From positions 289,230,001-289,294,000 of the forward strand of contig OZ024741.1 in NCBI GenBank assembly GCA_964016885.1: a DNA stretch of 64,000 bases, read 5' to 3'. The DNA comes from Eledone cirrhosa (taxonomy: Eukaryota). The position numbers and the translations under genes are program-made. The notes below the pieces were generated by a model that worked only from the letters and a program-made list of their open reading frames with translations, was not told the origin of the DNA and did not search any database. Below, in pieces: positions 13,579 through 27,302 of the stretch. Each line of letters opens with the position of its first letter. The stretch's first letter is position 1.

Positions 13579-13790
13579 GTTTCTACTATAGATACAAGCC
13601 CAGCAATTTGTGGGGAGGGAAAAGTCGATTAAATCGACCCCAGTGCAATACTAGTGTTTTATTTTATCGACGCCGTAAGAATGAAAGGCAAAGCTAACCT
13701 AGGCGGGGTTTGAACTTAGAACGTAAAGGGTCATAACTATGCCACGAAACATAGTGTCGATGCTCTACCGATTCTGCCAATCCACCACCC
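13579..13790 (-). mobile_element. tRNA-derived SINE
   Basis: Reverse complement of the dominant family. Confidence 0.85.
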
Positions 13791-13938
13791 TAAATATAAT
13801 ATTAATACTATCTATCTATTTATGTATCTATTTGTATACACACACACACTTACACACACACACGTGCGAGCACACACACACACACATATATACGTGTGTG
13901 TATGTGCGCGTGTGTGTGTGTGTGTATGTGCGTTTGTT

Positions 13939-14020
<82 letters not shown>

Positions 14021-15255
14021 TAACTGTCTATTTGTTTATCCCTTTTTTTTACTTTTTCACAGCTTTGATGTCCCACCTTTTTATACCTTCCTGAACATCA
14101 AATCACTTCCTTCATAAACGTCATCTTTTCCTAGCTGTGTATCGTTTAGTTGTTTGCCATTGCTATTGTTTCTCTAGTTGTGGTTGTCGTTGCAATCTTT
14201 GTTTTCTGTTATTGTTTTCATTGTTGTTAGTATTTTTTAAAACTTTTATCTCTGCTTTCTTTTACTACTAAGAATCATCCTGGTTGAAAACTTTGTAAAA
14301 AGTACAAAGGTTTATATCAAATAGGAAAGAAAGAAATGTAAACGATAAACAACATGAAAAGAAGAAATAATGCAACTATTTCTAAATATAAAAACAACAG
14401 CGCATGCGCATTTAATGAAAATTAAGCATACATATCATGCAAACACAAACCTTCCCACAAATAACACGAAAATAAAAGAATAAGCAAAGCTAATATTATG
14501 TTTTTGGTAAGGAAAAGGAACTAAACCCCCGTTGCTTGTGTACCAAGACTTCAAAATAGAAGTTTTAACTAAGTTCCGTTGACTTAACGAAAGGAAAACA
14601 TACAGAGAAACCTTAAAAAACAACAGCAATAACGCATAAAGATGGGGAAAAAAGATGGCTGTTCCGACGTTTTTTGTTTCTGTCGCTTTACGGGCGATAA
14701 GCTGAATGTTTCCTATTGATTTTTAAATCAAACACTTGAAACTGGAAGGTTTAACTGAGTTCCGTTAAAGATAATTTGACGGGAAAGATGGTGGATATAT
14801 TTCAATTTTATTATGTTCTATAACTTATTTTTTATTTCTATTTTAGCGCGTCTGTGTTGGTGTGTCTGTGCGGCTGTGTGTAAGGAATGGATATTCGTTT
14901 TTCTTTTTTTTTTTTTCGTTTCCTTCGATAATTCTGCATTTCGTTACTTTTTGAAAATAATTTTTTAGGTGGTAAGGTATGGTGGGAAGCGAGGCCAGAC
15001 ATTTTTCACTTTAGTGTTCTGGTTCATATGTTTCGGTGCGTTCGTTTTTTGTTTTCGTAAAATAGATTTTATCTTTATATTAATTTAAAAAATCAATACT
15101 TTTATTTATTATTTAATTGTTTTTGTTATTGTGTATTTTCACTCAATTTTATTGTAACCCCCCCACCTGTCCTTGTCTTTGTATTGTCCCCTATATGTCG
15201 GCCTTGTGGCTAATAAATGAAAGCATTATCATTAGTATTATTATTATAATTATTA

Positions 15256-15752
15256 GGGCGGTGGATTGGCAGTATCGGTAGAGAGTCAGGCACCATGCTT
15301 TGTAGCATAGAGTTACGGCCCTTTATGATCTGAGTTCAAATCCCGCCGAGGTTAACTTTGCCTTTCATCCTTACGGGGTCGATAAAATAAAGTACCAGTC
15401 ACGCACTGGGGTCGATTTAATCGACTTTCCCCTCCCCCAAAATTGCTGGCCTTGTGCCTATATAAGATACCATTATTATTAGGGCGGCGGATTAGCAGTA
15501 TCGGTAGAGCGTCGGACACAATGCTATATGGCATAGAGTTACGCCCCTTTACGATATAAGTTCAAATCCTGCCCAGGTTAACTTTGCCTTTCATCCTTAC
15601 AGGGTCGATAAAATAAAGTACCAGTAATGCACTGGGTCGATTTAATCAGAAACCATAATAATAATAATTATGGACCCCGTAAGGATGAAAGGCAAAGTTA
15701 ACCTGGGCAGGATTTGAACTTATATCGTAAAGGGGCGTAACTCTATGCCATA
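15256..15752 (+). mobile_element. Two tandem SINEs (15256-15470, 15482-15652) plus inverted partial duplicate (15673-15752)
   Basis: Family consensus; the inverted piece shares private variants with the second copy. Confidence 0.9.
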
Positions 15753-15911
15753 TAATAATAATTATTATTATTATTGAAATGTTAATTTAATTGTATATGT
15801 TAATTAATACCAAATTATGCCATCTACGTAAGATGCTTCATACGAAGATAAATCGACATACGTATTTCAGAAATACTATATTTTAAGGACGCCGGCAAAA
15901 TGAGAGATTTC

Positions 15912-15975
15912 AACTAAATTTGTAAAAATGCTACTTTAAATAATAATCTAAAGTAGCATTTTTACAAATTTAGTT
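15912..15975. repeat. Palindrome, 27-bp perfect arms, 10-nt loop
   Basis: AACTAAATTTGTAAAAATGCTACTTTA...TAAAGTAGCATTTTTACAAATTTAGTT. Confidence 0.9.
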
Positions 15976-16140
15976 ATGTTCTGTTGCTGCAACTAATCCA
16001 TATCCTAATAGTTTCGATACTTATGATGATGATGATGATGATGATAACGACAGTAATAATATTTATAAGATTATCAACGAGAAAGGATATCAACAGTAAC
16101 CAAAACAATATATTTACTATTACTATTAATATTATTATCG

Positions 16141-16763
16141 ATAGAGGGTCGGACGCCATGCTTTCCAGCATAGTTACGTCCGTTTACGATCTGAGTTCAA
16201 ATCCCGCCGAGGTTGACTTTGCCTTTCATCCTTACGGGGTCGATAAAATAAAGTACCAGTAATGCACTGGGTAATTGCTGGCCTTGTGCCTAACGTAGAA
16301 ACAATTATTGTTATCAAGGGCGGAGAACTGGTAGTATTGGAGAGGAGTCGGATACCATACTTTGCAGCGATTTTTACGTCCATTTACGTTCTGATTTAAA
16401 TCCCACAGATGTTAGCTTTGCCTTTCAACCTTCGTAGTCCATAAAATATAGTATCAGTCAAGTACTGAGGTCTATATAATCGACTTTCCCCTTACCTTAA
16501 AATTTCTGGCCTTGTACCTAAATCAGAAACTATTATCATTATCATCATCATTATCATCATTATCATTATTATTATAAAGGGCACTGGATTGGCAGTATCG
16601 GTAGAAGGTTGGACGCCATGCTTTTCAGCATAGAGTTACACCCCTTTACGGCCGAGGTTAACTTGGTCTTTCATCCTTACTTAAAGTACCAGTCACGCAC
16701 TGGGGTCGATTTAATCGACTTTCCCCTCACCTAAAATTGCTGGCATTGTGCCTAAAGTAGAAA
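16141..16763 (+). mobile_element. Cluster of three SINEs (~16141-16302, 16318-16530, 16579-16763)
   Basis: Family consensus, separated by ATT-rich tails. Confidence 0.85.
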
Positions 16764-16940
16764 TTATTATTATAAATGATTATGATGGTGATGATGATGG
16801 TGATTTTTCAGTTTATTTTGTCAATTCTCTGTAATCATGCGGAAGTGCCAACATTTGTACGGCAATAATGTCGCGTTTCAAGGAATCTCTTGTTGTTTCT
16901 TTCAGAATAATTATACTGATCACAAAGAAACGGTAAATAT

Positions 16941-16974
<34 letters not shown>

Positions 16975-17079
16975 GCAGAAAATGACAACAATAACAATTA
17001 TACCGAAAATAACAGTAGCACTGAAAACAGCAATAATATAAAAATTATATGTGGCAATGAAAATAACAGCAACAACAAA

Positions 17080-17132
<53 letters not shown>

Positions 17133-17496
17133 CAACAACAACAACAACTGCAGTAAAACCAGCGAGAACAATAGCAAGAGCAACAGCCACAATAACAAAA
17201 AGCGCCAATTATTCTTTGCCAAAAGATAAAAAATAGACAATCGTACAATTATTTATTTCAACACAAGAATAGAGAAATATTGTTGTTGATGTTCGTTTGT
17301 TTATTTTAGTTTCCAAAGAAATACATTGGAAACACAAAGACAAATATTGTAAATTCTATATTCTTCACAGGGGAGATTTCAAACTGTGATTCATAAAAAA
17401 AAACTGTAGGGCTCCATGTGAACATGATGAGTTCCGTTTGAAACTGGGTAAAAAGTGAGGAAATATATATATCAATATTTAGGGCTGAATTTTTCC

Positions 17497-17543
<47 letters not shown>

Positions 17544-17677
17544 TGTTTATTTTTTACCGTTTTATTTAACACACAAAAAAATTTCTTCTGTATAATTTTC
17601 ATAATGTTTTGAAATTCTTCTAAGAGCCCTAGCAAAATATTAAGTTTATTAAACACATATATATATATACATAATAC

Positions 17678-17806
<129 letters not shown>

Positions 17807-17833
17807 AATAAATGCATATAAATGTATATATAT

Positions 17834-18007
17834 AAAATTATACAAAACTGAATTATAAGAACACTTTAAGAACATATCGTAATGAACTTCAGACACACAC
17901 ATATACACACACATATACACACACACACACATGTGTGTATGTGTGTGTCTGAAGGTCATTACGATATGTTCTTAAAGTGTTCTTATAATTCAGTTTTGTA
18001 TAATTTT
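17834..18007. repeat. Inverted repeat (~70-bp arms) around a CA/TG core
   Basis: AAAATTATACAAAACTGAATTATAAGAACAC... versus ...GTGTTCTTATAATTCAGTTTTGTATAATTTT. Confidence 0.85.
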
Positions 18008-18190
18008 TAGTCTTATTTTCATTATTATTATTCTTATTATAAAATCATTATGCTTTCAGAATGATAAATTTACAGTTTAAAAAGTGACAATATAAAATTT
18101 TGAAATAACAATAATACTAATACTTCTTCTATGTGTATCCCTGTATAAATGTATATACGTGTGAAAGTGTATATGTACATAAGTGTAAAT

Positions 18191-18254
<64 letters not shown>

Positions 18255-18305
18255 GTACATATATATATATTTGAAAATTGCAAACTTGACTGTCACCACA
18301 GAATA

Positions 18306-18344
18306 TGAACCTGAAGATTGCGAAAGCATGAAAGTACTTGTTCA
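18306..18344 (+). ncRNA. Minimal type I hammerhead ribozyme (predicted CUU cleavage after 18339)
   Basis: TGAAC-CTGAAGA-T TGC GAAA GCA T-GAA-AGTACT-T-GTTCA; sits in a ~200-bp segment between (TA)n tracts. Confidence 0.8.
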
Positions 18345-18466
18345 ATTAACACTTAACATTTAATATTCTACCATACTATTTCATTCTAATACCATTATAA
18401 ATTTTAAAGAATTTTAAAGGATTGTAAATAAAACGAGTAAATCAGACAAAGTTGGAATTCCTTTCA

Positions 18467-18511
<45 letters not shown>

Positions 18512-18516
<5 letters not shown>

Positions 18517-19065
18517 TATGTATACGTACATACATATATGTATACAGACGTACAGTAGTATGTATATATATATACATACATGCACACATATATATATGTA
18601 TGTATGGATTCACCGAACATTTATTATAATGCTCGGTGTGTTTGTAAACAAACATCCCGTATTAAGCCGTAGTGTCTAGCAACCATCGTTGCTCGTTTGT
18701 TCAACACTGACAAAGGAACGCTGTACTAATTTCAAGCTTATTAGCTATCGTCAGCAACCTTCCTGCCAGATCATTGAACGTCTGAAAGTATATACTTTCC
18801 TTATGCATGTTAACGTTGAGCAACGATGGTTGCTAGACACTACGGCTTAATACGGGATGTTTGTTTACAAACACACCGAGCATTATAATAAATGTTCGGT
18901 GAATCCATACGTACATATATATATATATATGTGTGCATGTATGTATATATATATACATACTACTGTACGTCTGTATACATATATGTATGTACGTATACAT
19001 ACTTATATTTAAGTAACAGCCGTACTAAGAGTGGGAAATGAAATTTCGTTTCATTTTTTCCGTTT
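18512..19065. mobile_element. Fold-back copy of the 428-nt retrozyme family (arms 18512-18693 and 18818-19006)
   Basis: Homologous to 26853-28041; flanked by (TA)n. Confidence 0.85.
18720..18758 (-). ncRNA. Hammerhead ribozyme, retrozyme family (shortened stem I)
   Basis: GTTG-CTGACGA-TAGCT AATA AGCTT-GAA-ATTAGT-A-CAGC. Confidence 0.65.
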
Positions 19066-19078
19066 ATATATATATATA

Positions 19079-19161
19079 TATATAAGTTAAAACAATGAAA
19101 TAAAAAATCAAGTCATTAGAGATATACTTCACTGCTTTTATTTCATTGTTTTAACTTATAT
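19079..19161. repeat. Short inverted repeat (~25-bp arms)
   Basis: TATAAGTTAAAACAATGAAATAAAA...TTTTATTTCATTGTTTTAACTTATA. Confidence 0.8.
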
Positions 19162-19289
19162 CATGACTCTGTTTTCCTTTTAATGTTTTTTTGTTTTTCC
19201 GGGATTTATCTTAACCTACAACATTTTCAACATATGGATTACATTGAGTTCTTCATGCAGAATAGACCCCACAAATTACTGTGGATACC

Positions 19290-19401
<112 letters not shown>

Positions 19402-19491
19402 CGTACATATATATATATATACATATATATACATATATATATATACATAAATATAAATTCAAGAAAAAGCGAAACGTATATATATATATAT

Positions 19492-19522
<31 letters not shown>

Positions 19523-19567
19523 CATACATATATATATATATATATACGTTTCGCTTTATATATATAT

Positions 19568-19642
<75 letters not shown>

Positions 19643-19959
19643 TATGTACATTCGAACATAGACACATACACACACTCACACACACTTATATATTATGGAA
19701 GGGGGTAAAAGAAAAACTAATTTGCTTCATAACTGTGCATCGACGGGGATTGAGAATCAGGTCAGTGATATTTTACCGTAAGGTACTACCCAATATCCAC
19801 ATAATTAATCATTACAAAATATAGGAAATGGACCCCTCTATTTGTTTCCCCGGTAAATATTCCTGTTGTTTCATCAACGGAACCATCTACTCATTCATAT
19901 TTAGTGACTGAGTATTCCACAGGCCAAAATTAGAGAGAATCAGCGTGACGGAACTTAGT

Positions 19960-20306
19960 CAGAACTGCCAACCTCTAAAAACCCAAACAGAAAGTATCAT
20001 GGAAAAAAAAGTGCCCCAAAACGGGGAGAAATGAGGCAAAATGGGGAGATTTTACATAATGAAAGCTATACCCATTTTCACAAGAGAAGACATCTCTCAC
20101 CCCCACCCCCACCCCCAAGTGGGTGGGAGATTTCTCCGTCGGATGGGTAGAGTTGACAGGTCTGTATATATCTATCTAGATATATTAACCATTGTGGTTC
20201 CTTCCAACATTTATTTGTTCATATCTTTATCATAGTTTCGGAGATAATAAATACTTTAGGGTAGGTGAGAGATCTCCCCGTCGGATGGTGAGAGTTAACA
20301 TGTCTG
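19960..20306. mobile_element. hAT-like MITE with duplicated right end
   Basis: CAGAACTGCCAAC left end; GTTGACAGGTCTG (20164) and GTTAACATGTCTG (20306) right ends; CTTAGT on both outer sides. Confidence 0.5.
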
Positions 20307-20349
20307 CTTAGTGTGGGTCAAGGCTAGCAATTTTAATTTAGGTAGAGTC

Positions 20350-20452
20350 TCGCCGAGGTTAACTTTGCCTTTCATCCTTACGGGGGTCGATAAAATAAAC
20401 TACCAGTAATGCGCTGGGATAATTGCTGGCCTTGTGCCAAAAGTAGAAACAA
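20350..20452 (+). mobile_element. 5'-truncated SINE
   Basis: Family core and tail. Confidence 0.85.
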
Positions 20453-21166
20453 TTTTTATCTAAATGGCTGTGTATTCTACAGATATTTGTATGTTCACCA
20501 TAATCCTCGGATAGATGTTTTGTGGCCCAATCTATTTTATATACTATTTCAATTTTTTTATATTTTTCTTTGTATTCATTTTTAAGTTGACTTCTTCCGA
20601 AAATGCCGTCAATCCCAGCAAATCTGGAATACCTTCCTTAAACTCTAAAACTCAATAATGTCTTATGAATAATTATTGACCAAATAGAAATAAATAGAAT
20701 TCATCCATTCACTGGCCCGCCTTAAAATTTAGATACCTCTCCCGACACTAAGATTCTGTAGAATAAGCGAAAAAAAAACAAAAAAATAATTAATGAAAAT
20801 TAGGAAAACAATTCCCGTACCACCTACTTCATAAATCCACCTTTTAGTCGCAAATTTCATGTTTTTATTGTTAATTTATTTATCTCTCATCTGCGTCTGT
20901 ATTTTGTGCGTGCGTGAGTGTGTATTTGTGCATGCGCGCGCGCGCGCGCGCGTGTGTGTGTGTATGTGTGTGCGAGTGTGTATGTGTTTGTGTTTGTGTT
21001 TGTGTCAGTGTCCTTAGTTATGGTTCTTATGTTGATTTGTTTTACTCCTTCTGTACGGCTGTTGCTTTTGATTTTATTCCACCTCGTTGCTAATATTGTT
21101 ATTTTGATATTTATTATAATGATGGTGATAATGATGCTGATGATGATGATAATAATAATAATGATG

Positions 21167-21203
<37 letters not shown>

Positions 21204-21856
21204 CAACAACAACAATAGAAATAATTAGTATTATCCTTAACTTTAGTTATTGTTGTATTTTTTCTTTCGTCAGTTTGTTTTTAATTTATTTGTTTATTTA
21301 ATTATTTAATTATTGTCATTGACTGCGTAACTATTGTCGTTACACCGGAAACGGAAATCATTTAGCGTGGCAAACTATCGGATGTATTCTGATGTTGTCG
21401 ATAAATAGGTAGGTTTGATGAAGATGTGAGGGTGTGGTTGAGAGTCGGCAAAAAGAAATTTACATATATATGTATGCATATGTCTCGTTATACACATATA
21501 TATATACACGTGAGTGTGTGTGTGCGACGCGCGTGCACGCATTCGCATGTGTGTATGTGTATTTGTCTGTGACTGTGCGTGTTTGAATGTATGTCTGAGT
21601 GTCTGTAGGTAAGGCGCATTTCACAAAGCTTTATGTTTAGATGATTTCCTGATTGGTTGGTTGGTTTGATTTTATCTGACTTGCATTATCTTACAAGTTA
21701 GATTTCAATATTTTGCAGCAGTCAATATGTGATGTAATTTTATTATATTTTATGATTATTCGCTGATAGACGACAGTTGACTTAGTGGTCCTTCAACCGA
21801 AACTCCATCATTGGAAACAATGACACCGTCCTACCTCTAAACTTCATTATCTACAC

Positions 21857-22194
21857 CAGAGGTTCTCAAACATTTTAGGCCACCCCCATCCTCACGGCCA
21901 TGTAATACCCTCAACGACTCCAATCCCATTTCCAGAGTGACCTGCCTACACGCAAATTGTAAATAATATATAATAAATAAAATCGTTAATTTATATATAA
22001 TAAATAATATAATATATATTATGTATAAACATATAATTTTTATTTTATTATATTTATATATAATATGTATCATTTGGTATTTAATATACTATTATATCAT
22101 CTTTACAGCCCCCCCCCCCACGCCCTTTAGGCTCCAGTGCTCCTGGACCTTCTCAACGCCCCCGGGGGCAATAGCGCCCACTTTGGAACCTCTG
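21857..22194. mobile_element. hAT (Charlie-like) MITE
   Basis: TIRs CAGAGGTTCTCAAA / TTTGGAACCTCTG; imperfect 8-bp TSD ATCTACAC/ATCTAGAT. Confidence 0.7.
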
Positions 22195-22577
22195 ATCTAG
22201 ATGCTTGGCACTGGAATATATCTTGGGCAACAAACGTAAGTAAGTAGGAGATAGACGAGAAACAACTCGACTATATAAGAGACGGTAACAGTGTAACATT
22301 TTTTTGTATTTCATTAGCAATAATGTAGCACAGAGTTTGAAACCACCTGAAGGCATAGACTAGAGAGGGATGTCATCGATATGCTACAGCAAGATAACAC
22401 CAACATTAACCTCATATTTATAGTTACAGTACATAATATTCTGAATAAAATATAAAATGAACTAAACGTGACAAACGTATCAAAGGTCATTCTTAACGGA
22501 ATGCACAGATACTAAACTAACGCTATTTCAAAATGGAAGCAATAAAAACTCCAGAATATAACGCGATGCTGAATAAT

Positions 22578-23001
22578 AATTGTTTCTACTTTTGGCACAA
22601 GGCCAGCAATTATGCCAGTGTATTACTGGTACTTTATTTTATCGACCCCGTAAGGATGAAAGGCAAAGTTAACCTCGGCGGGATTTGAACTCAGATCATA
22701 AAGGGCCGTAACTCTGCTGCAAAGCATGGCGTCCGACCCTCTACCGATACTCCCAATCCACCGTAATGTATAACGTACCAGTAATTCAAAACGGGAGAGT
22801 ATTATGTTGAGTAATGGCGGTGAATTGGCAGTATCGGTAGAGGGTCGGACGCCATGCTTTGACGCATAGAGTTACGGCCCTTGCCATTCTGAGTTCAAAT
22901 CCCGCCGAGGTTAACTTTGCCTTTCATCCTTACGGGGTCGATAAAATAAAGTACCAGTAATACACTGGGAAATTGCTGGCCTTGTGCCAAAAGTAGAAAC
23001 A
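22578..23001. mobile_element. Head-to-head SINE pair (22578-22763 minus; 22816-23001 plus with 14-bp TSD)
   Basis: Family consensus; TSD ATTATGTTGAGTAA at 22801-22814 and 23002-23015. Confidence 0.9.
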
Positions 23002-24150
23002 ATTATGTTGAGTAAACGAAAGCAGAAACGTATTCAGAAAGCACTCAATGTATCAAACAGCTAAATCGGTAGAATTAGAACAAACGAAATAATTGAAACT
23101 AAGACTGTAGAATTCAGAATCATATAGAAATGAGCTCGCGAGTTGGAATGGCTATTCAACGCATTACTCTTATCCTTCGGGATAACATTTTCTTTATTCT
23201 GACCGGTGGGGCAATGCGGCGACATGCACATGAGTTTTGCATGTCGGAGATCGTTCTTCTCGAGTGTCAAGACACATATTATTGCGGTAGTGATGGCGAT
23301 GATCTGTGTACTCTCTTTCTATTAAGCGTGAAACTAAGACGAATTTATGGTAAGGCATCCTTTTATTCGATCGTTTCTTGTTTTCTTGATTATATATATA
23401 CATTTAATAAAATAACATATTAAAGTTTAAGCATAGAATCGCTGCTTTCACCCTTAACGGGATCTTCTGAAATTAAAAAAATCAATCTGTGGACGCATTA
23501 GTCTACACATTTTTTAATATTACAATATATATATACATATATACTATATATATATATATATTTCTGTGTTTGTGTGTGTTTGTGTGTGTTTGTGTGTGTG
23601 TGTATGTGTGTGTGTGTGTATCTGTGTATGTGTCTATGTGTGTTTACGTGCACGCACACACAAACACATACACATGGACAGTCACAGAAAAAAAAAAGAA
23701 AATAGAATCTAACACTCACAAAAGCCCCCAGAAATAGAGGAAGGGAACACACATAGTCATGTAGATGGAATAAAGGGAATTCTTAATGGTTCAACTGTAA
23801 GTCTTTCAAACTGGGGAGAAACAAACTACCTCGTTGGACTGTGAATAAGAAATGAAAAAAATCCATAATGGTAGAAACTGCAATTTCATACATAGAATCA
23901 TACATAGAATCAAACGGCTGAACTACGGTAAAATCTGGATTGCAGGGAAGAATTGTAACTACAGGTACAAGGGTGAAAAAATGTTTCACACCACAGAAAA
24001 TCATATCAAATACAAATGCTAATTCAGCCGACAGAAATATCACTGATAGCAATTCTCGACGGTGTCCACTAAAAAATCATATGCTATTTTCTATATGTAA
24101 AAATGTTTGTCAACTGATTTCAGGCTTGCTTAGACTATAGTCGTACATTA

Positions 24151-24180
24151 CTGATGACATTTGATAGACTGAAACATGTC
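24151..24180 (+). ncRNA. Degenerate hammerhead core
   Basis: CTGATGA...GAA-ACATGT-C with palindromic stem III; stems I and II are largely decayed. Confidence 0.35.
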
Positions 24181-24199
24181 TATATTTGATTCTTGCCTC

Positions 24200-24380
24200 A
24201 AACATCACCACTACCACCACCAAAATTACCAACAATACCAGAACCACCACCAGTAATACTATTACTATTACCACCACCACAGCCACCACAGCGACGACAA
24301 GAAGAAGAAGAAGAAGAAGAAGAAGAAGAAGAAGAAGAAGAAGAAGAAGAAGAACAACAACAACAACAACAACAACAACA

Positions 24381-24459
<79 letters not shown>

Positions 24460-24907
24460 CCAGCAACACCAACACCAGTACTTCATTGACACACAAACCA
24501 CCATGACAACATCCACCACAACCACCACCATTACGCCACAACCATCATCACCACCACGACCTTGAACATGACCACCTCCACCACCATAACCACTAGCACC
24601 ACCACCGCCAGCACCAGCACCACCACATCGACCGCCACCACCACCACTACCACAACGATCATTGCTACTATAACAAGCCCCCCTCCCCCACCACCTCTAC
24701 CAACACAACCACCACCACCACGACCTCGACCAACCCCACTCCCCCCACTATCACCATTCAATAGTTCTATTGTTAATCCAACGGTAATTAAACAATGCCT
24801 AATTAAAAATGAATTAAAACGCCGATTGAAATGAATCTCATTATTGATTATGTGGAATGTTTTAAACAATAGACACTGATTAATACTATAGTAGTAGTAG
24901 CAGTAGC

Positions 24908-24943
<36 letters not shown>

Positions 24944-25172
24944 TGTGGTGGTGGTAGTAATAGTAGTAGTGATGGTGGTGGTGGTGGTGATGGTGGTAGT
25001 AGTAGTAGTGGTGGTGGTGGTGGTGATGGTGGTGGTAGTAGTAGTAGTGGTGGTGGTGGTGGTGGTGGTGGTGATGGTGGTAGTAGTAGTAGTAGTGGTG
25101 GTGGTGGTGATGGTGGTAGTAGTAGTGGTGGTAGTAGTAGTAGTAGTAGTGATGGTGGTGGTGGTGATGGAG

Positions 25173-25206
<34 letters not shown>

Positions 25207-25303
25207 CAGTAGCAGCAGTAGTGGTAGTAGTAGTAATAGCAGTAGCAGCAGCAGCAGTAGTGGTAGTAGTAGCAGTAACAACAGCAGCAGCAGCAGCAGT
25301 AGC

Positions 25304-25365
<62 letters not shown>

Positions 25366-25515
25366 TAGTAGTAGCGTTGAGGTTGTGATACTGATGGAGA
25401 CGGTTAATGGTGGCAGCGGTGGTAGTTTTGGTTGAGGTAGTGGTAGTAGTACTAGTAGAAGTGGTGGTGGCGGTGGTGATGTCAGTGCTTTTTGTATTAA
25501 GATTATCAATATATT

Positions 25516-25568
<53 letters not shown>

Positions 25569-25576
25569 ACAGCAGC

Positions 25577-25610
<34 letters not shown>

Positions 25611-25760
25611 GCACTAGTACTAGCAGTAGTAGTAGTAGTAGTAGTAACAGCAGCAGTAGTAGCAGCAGCAGCAGTAGTAGTAGTATCAGCAGCAGTAGTA
25701 GTAGTAGTAGTAGTAACAGCAGCAGCAGCAGTTGTAGTAGTAGTAGTAGTAGTAGTAGAC
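24200..25760. repeat. Compound trinucleotide microsatellites (GAA, CAA, CTA, TAG, GGT, CAG)
   Basis: Seen directly. Confidence 0.9.
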
Positions 25761-25794
25761 TGAGTTGTTGTTGCTGTAGTAAAAGTGATTTCAT

Positions 25795-26222
25795 TTATCG
25801 GTCAAATCGTGTAAAAAATACGAAAACAATAACAATAAAAAAGAAAATTAAAAATAACAGTTCCCCAATAGTTCCCCAATAGGGGAGGGGGTAACCATAC
25901 AGGGTAACCCACAAATCCTGAACCACCCGACGATTCGAGGGCACCCGGGAAGGGCACTCCTCTCCTCAAATTCAACAAGCCTATAGGAGGCGCATGACCA
26001 GAGTAGGCCCACTCACACGGGCCATTCTCGCCACATTCACCCACCTTTCAGCAAATGTACTGCGGGGCAACACTTCTCTCTCCACCCTCACCTTCCTTTC
26101 CAAGTGAAACTTGAAAACGTTGATGAGGGACTGGCCGAAGAAAAAAGTGTCTGTCTTCAGTCCTTTTAACCTGTTCCACCATACAACCTCTTTTGCTACT
26201 GCCACTAGACAGAGGAAAATTG
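25795..26222 (-). mobile_element. L1/Tx1-clade LINE 3' fragment (ORF2 C-terminus plus 3' UTR)
   Basis: FLCLVAVAKEVVWWNRLKG...FKFHLERKVRVERE...FAERW matches the AKxxIWxxR...FxxxW pattern of Tx1/L1 ORF2 ends. Confidence 0.7.
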
Positions 26223-26474
26223 TCTGCAATTCCTTGTTGCTGTAGTAATAGTAGTAGTATTAATGTAGTTGTTTGTGGTGATGGTGTTATGGAGAAAGAT
26301 TTTGATGTTCTTAGTTATATTTCTAGTTTCATTCATTTGATTGTGGCCCTGCCCTGACACCACCATAATGTAGTGGATCATATGGTGGCCAGGACGATTT
26401 ATTTTCAAGTCGGGTGCATATCTTTTGATGTTTCCAGCTGAACTGTTAAACACAAACACGCACACAAATATATA

Positions 26475-26590
26475 GGCGTGTGGCTGAGTGGTTAGAGAAT
26501 TGGATTCGCAATCGTAAGGTTGTGAGTTCGATTCCTGGACTAGGCGATGCGTTATGTCCTTGAGCAAGACAGTTTATTTCACGTTGCTCC
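26475..26590 (+). mobile_element. tRNA-derived SINE head (third family)
   Basis: TGGCTGAGTGG A box, GAGTTCGATTCC B box, TGTCCTTGAGCAAGACA core. Confidence 0.75.
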
Positions 26591-26693
26591 TTCTACCTGG
26601 AGTTGCGACCGATAGATAGTATTAGCAATTGGAAAGACCAACGGAAACATTGTTCCCTCGGTCCGATTTGACGAAAGTCGATCGATTTAAAAA

Positions 26694-26733
<40 letters not shown>

Positions 26734-27302
26734 GTGTGTGTCTGATGGTAGCTATGATGCTTGCACAGGCGGTATGCCGGTTGAGCACTCTATGTTCTTA
26801 CAGAGCAGAGTGTGATATAATATATATTATATATATATGTATATATATATATATAAGTATGTATACCTGCATACATATATTTATACAGACGTACAGTAGT
26901 ATGTGTATATATACATACATGCACACATATATATGTACGTATGAACAAAAGAGCAACGATGGTTCGGCTTAATTCGGGATGTTTGTTTAGAAACAAACCG
27001 AACATTATAATAAATGTTTGGTAAATCCATACGTACATATATATATGTGTGCATGTATGTATATATATATACATACTACTGTACGTCTGTATACATATAT
27101 GTATGTACGTATACATACTTATATTTAAGTAACAGCCGTACTAAGAGTGAGAAATGAAATTTCGTTTCATTTTTTCCATTTATTGTTTTCGGTGCGCCCG
27201 ACCGATTAACTCACTCGATATGAAAATTAGGCTGCTCAGCCGTTAATATGCATAAGGAAAGTATATACTTTCAGACGTTCAATCATCTGGCAGGAAGGTA
27301 TG

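Noticed and set aside
23940-24140. PLE zinc-finger-like peptide SRRCPLKNH
   Set aside because: The similarity is too short to call.
26475-26545. tRNA gene
   Set aside because: It has A/B boxes but no proper acceptor stem, and it continues into a SINE core.
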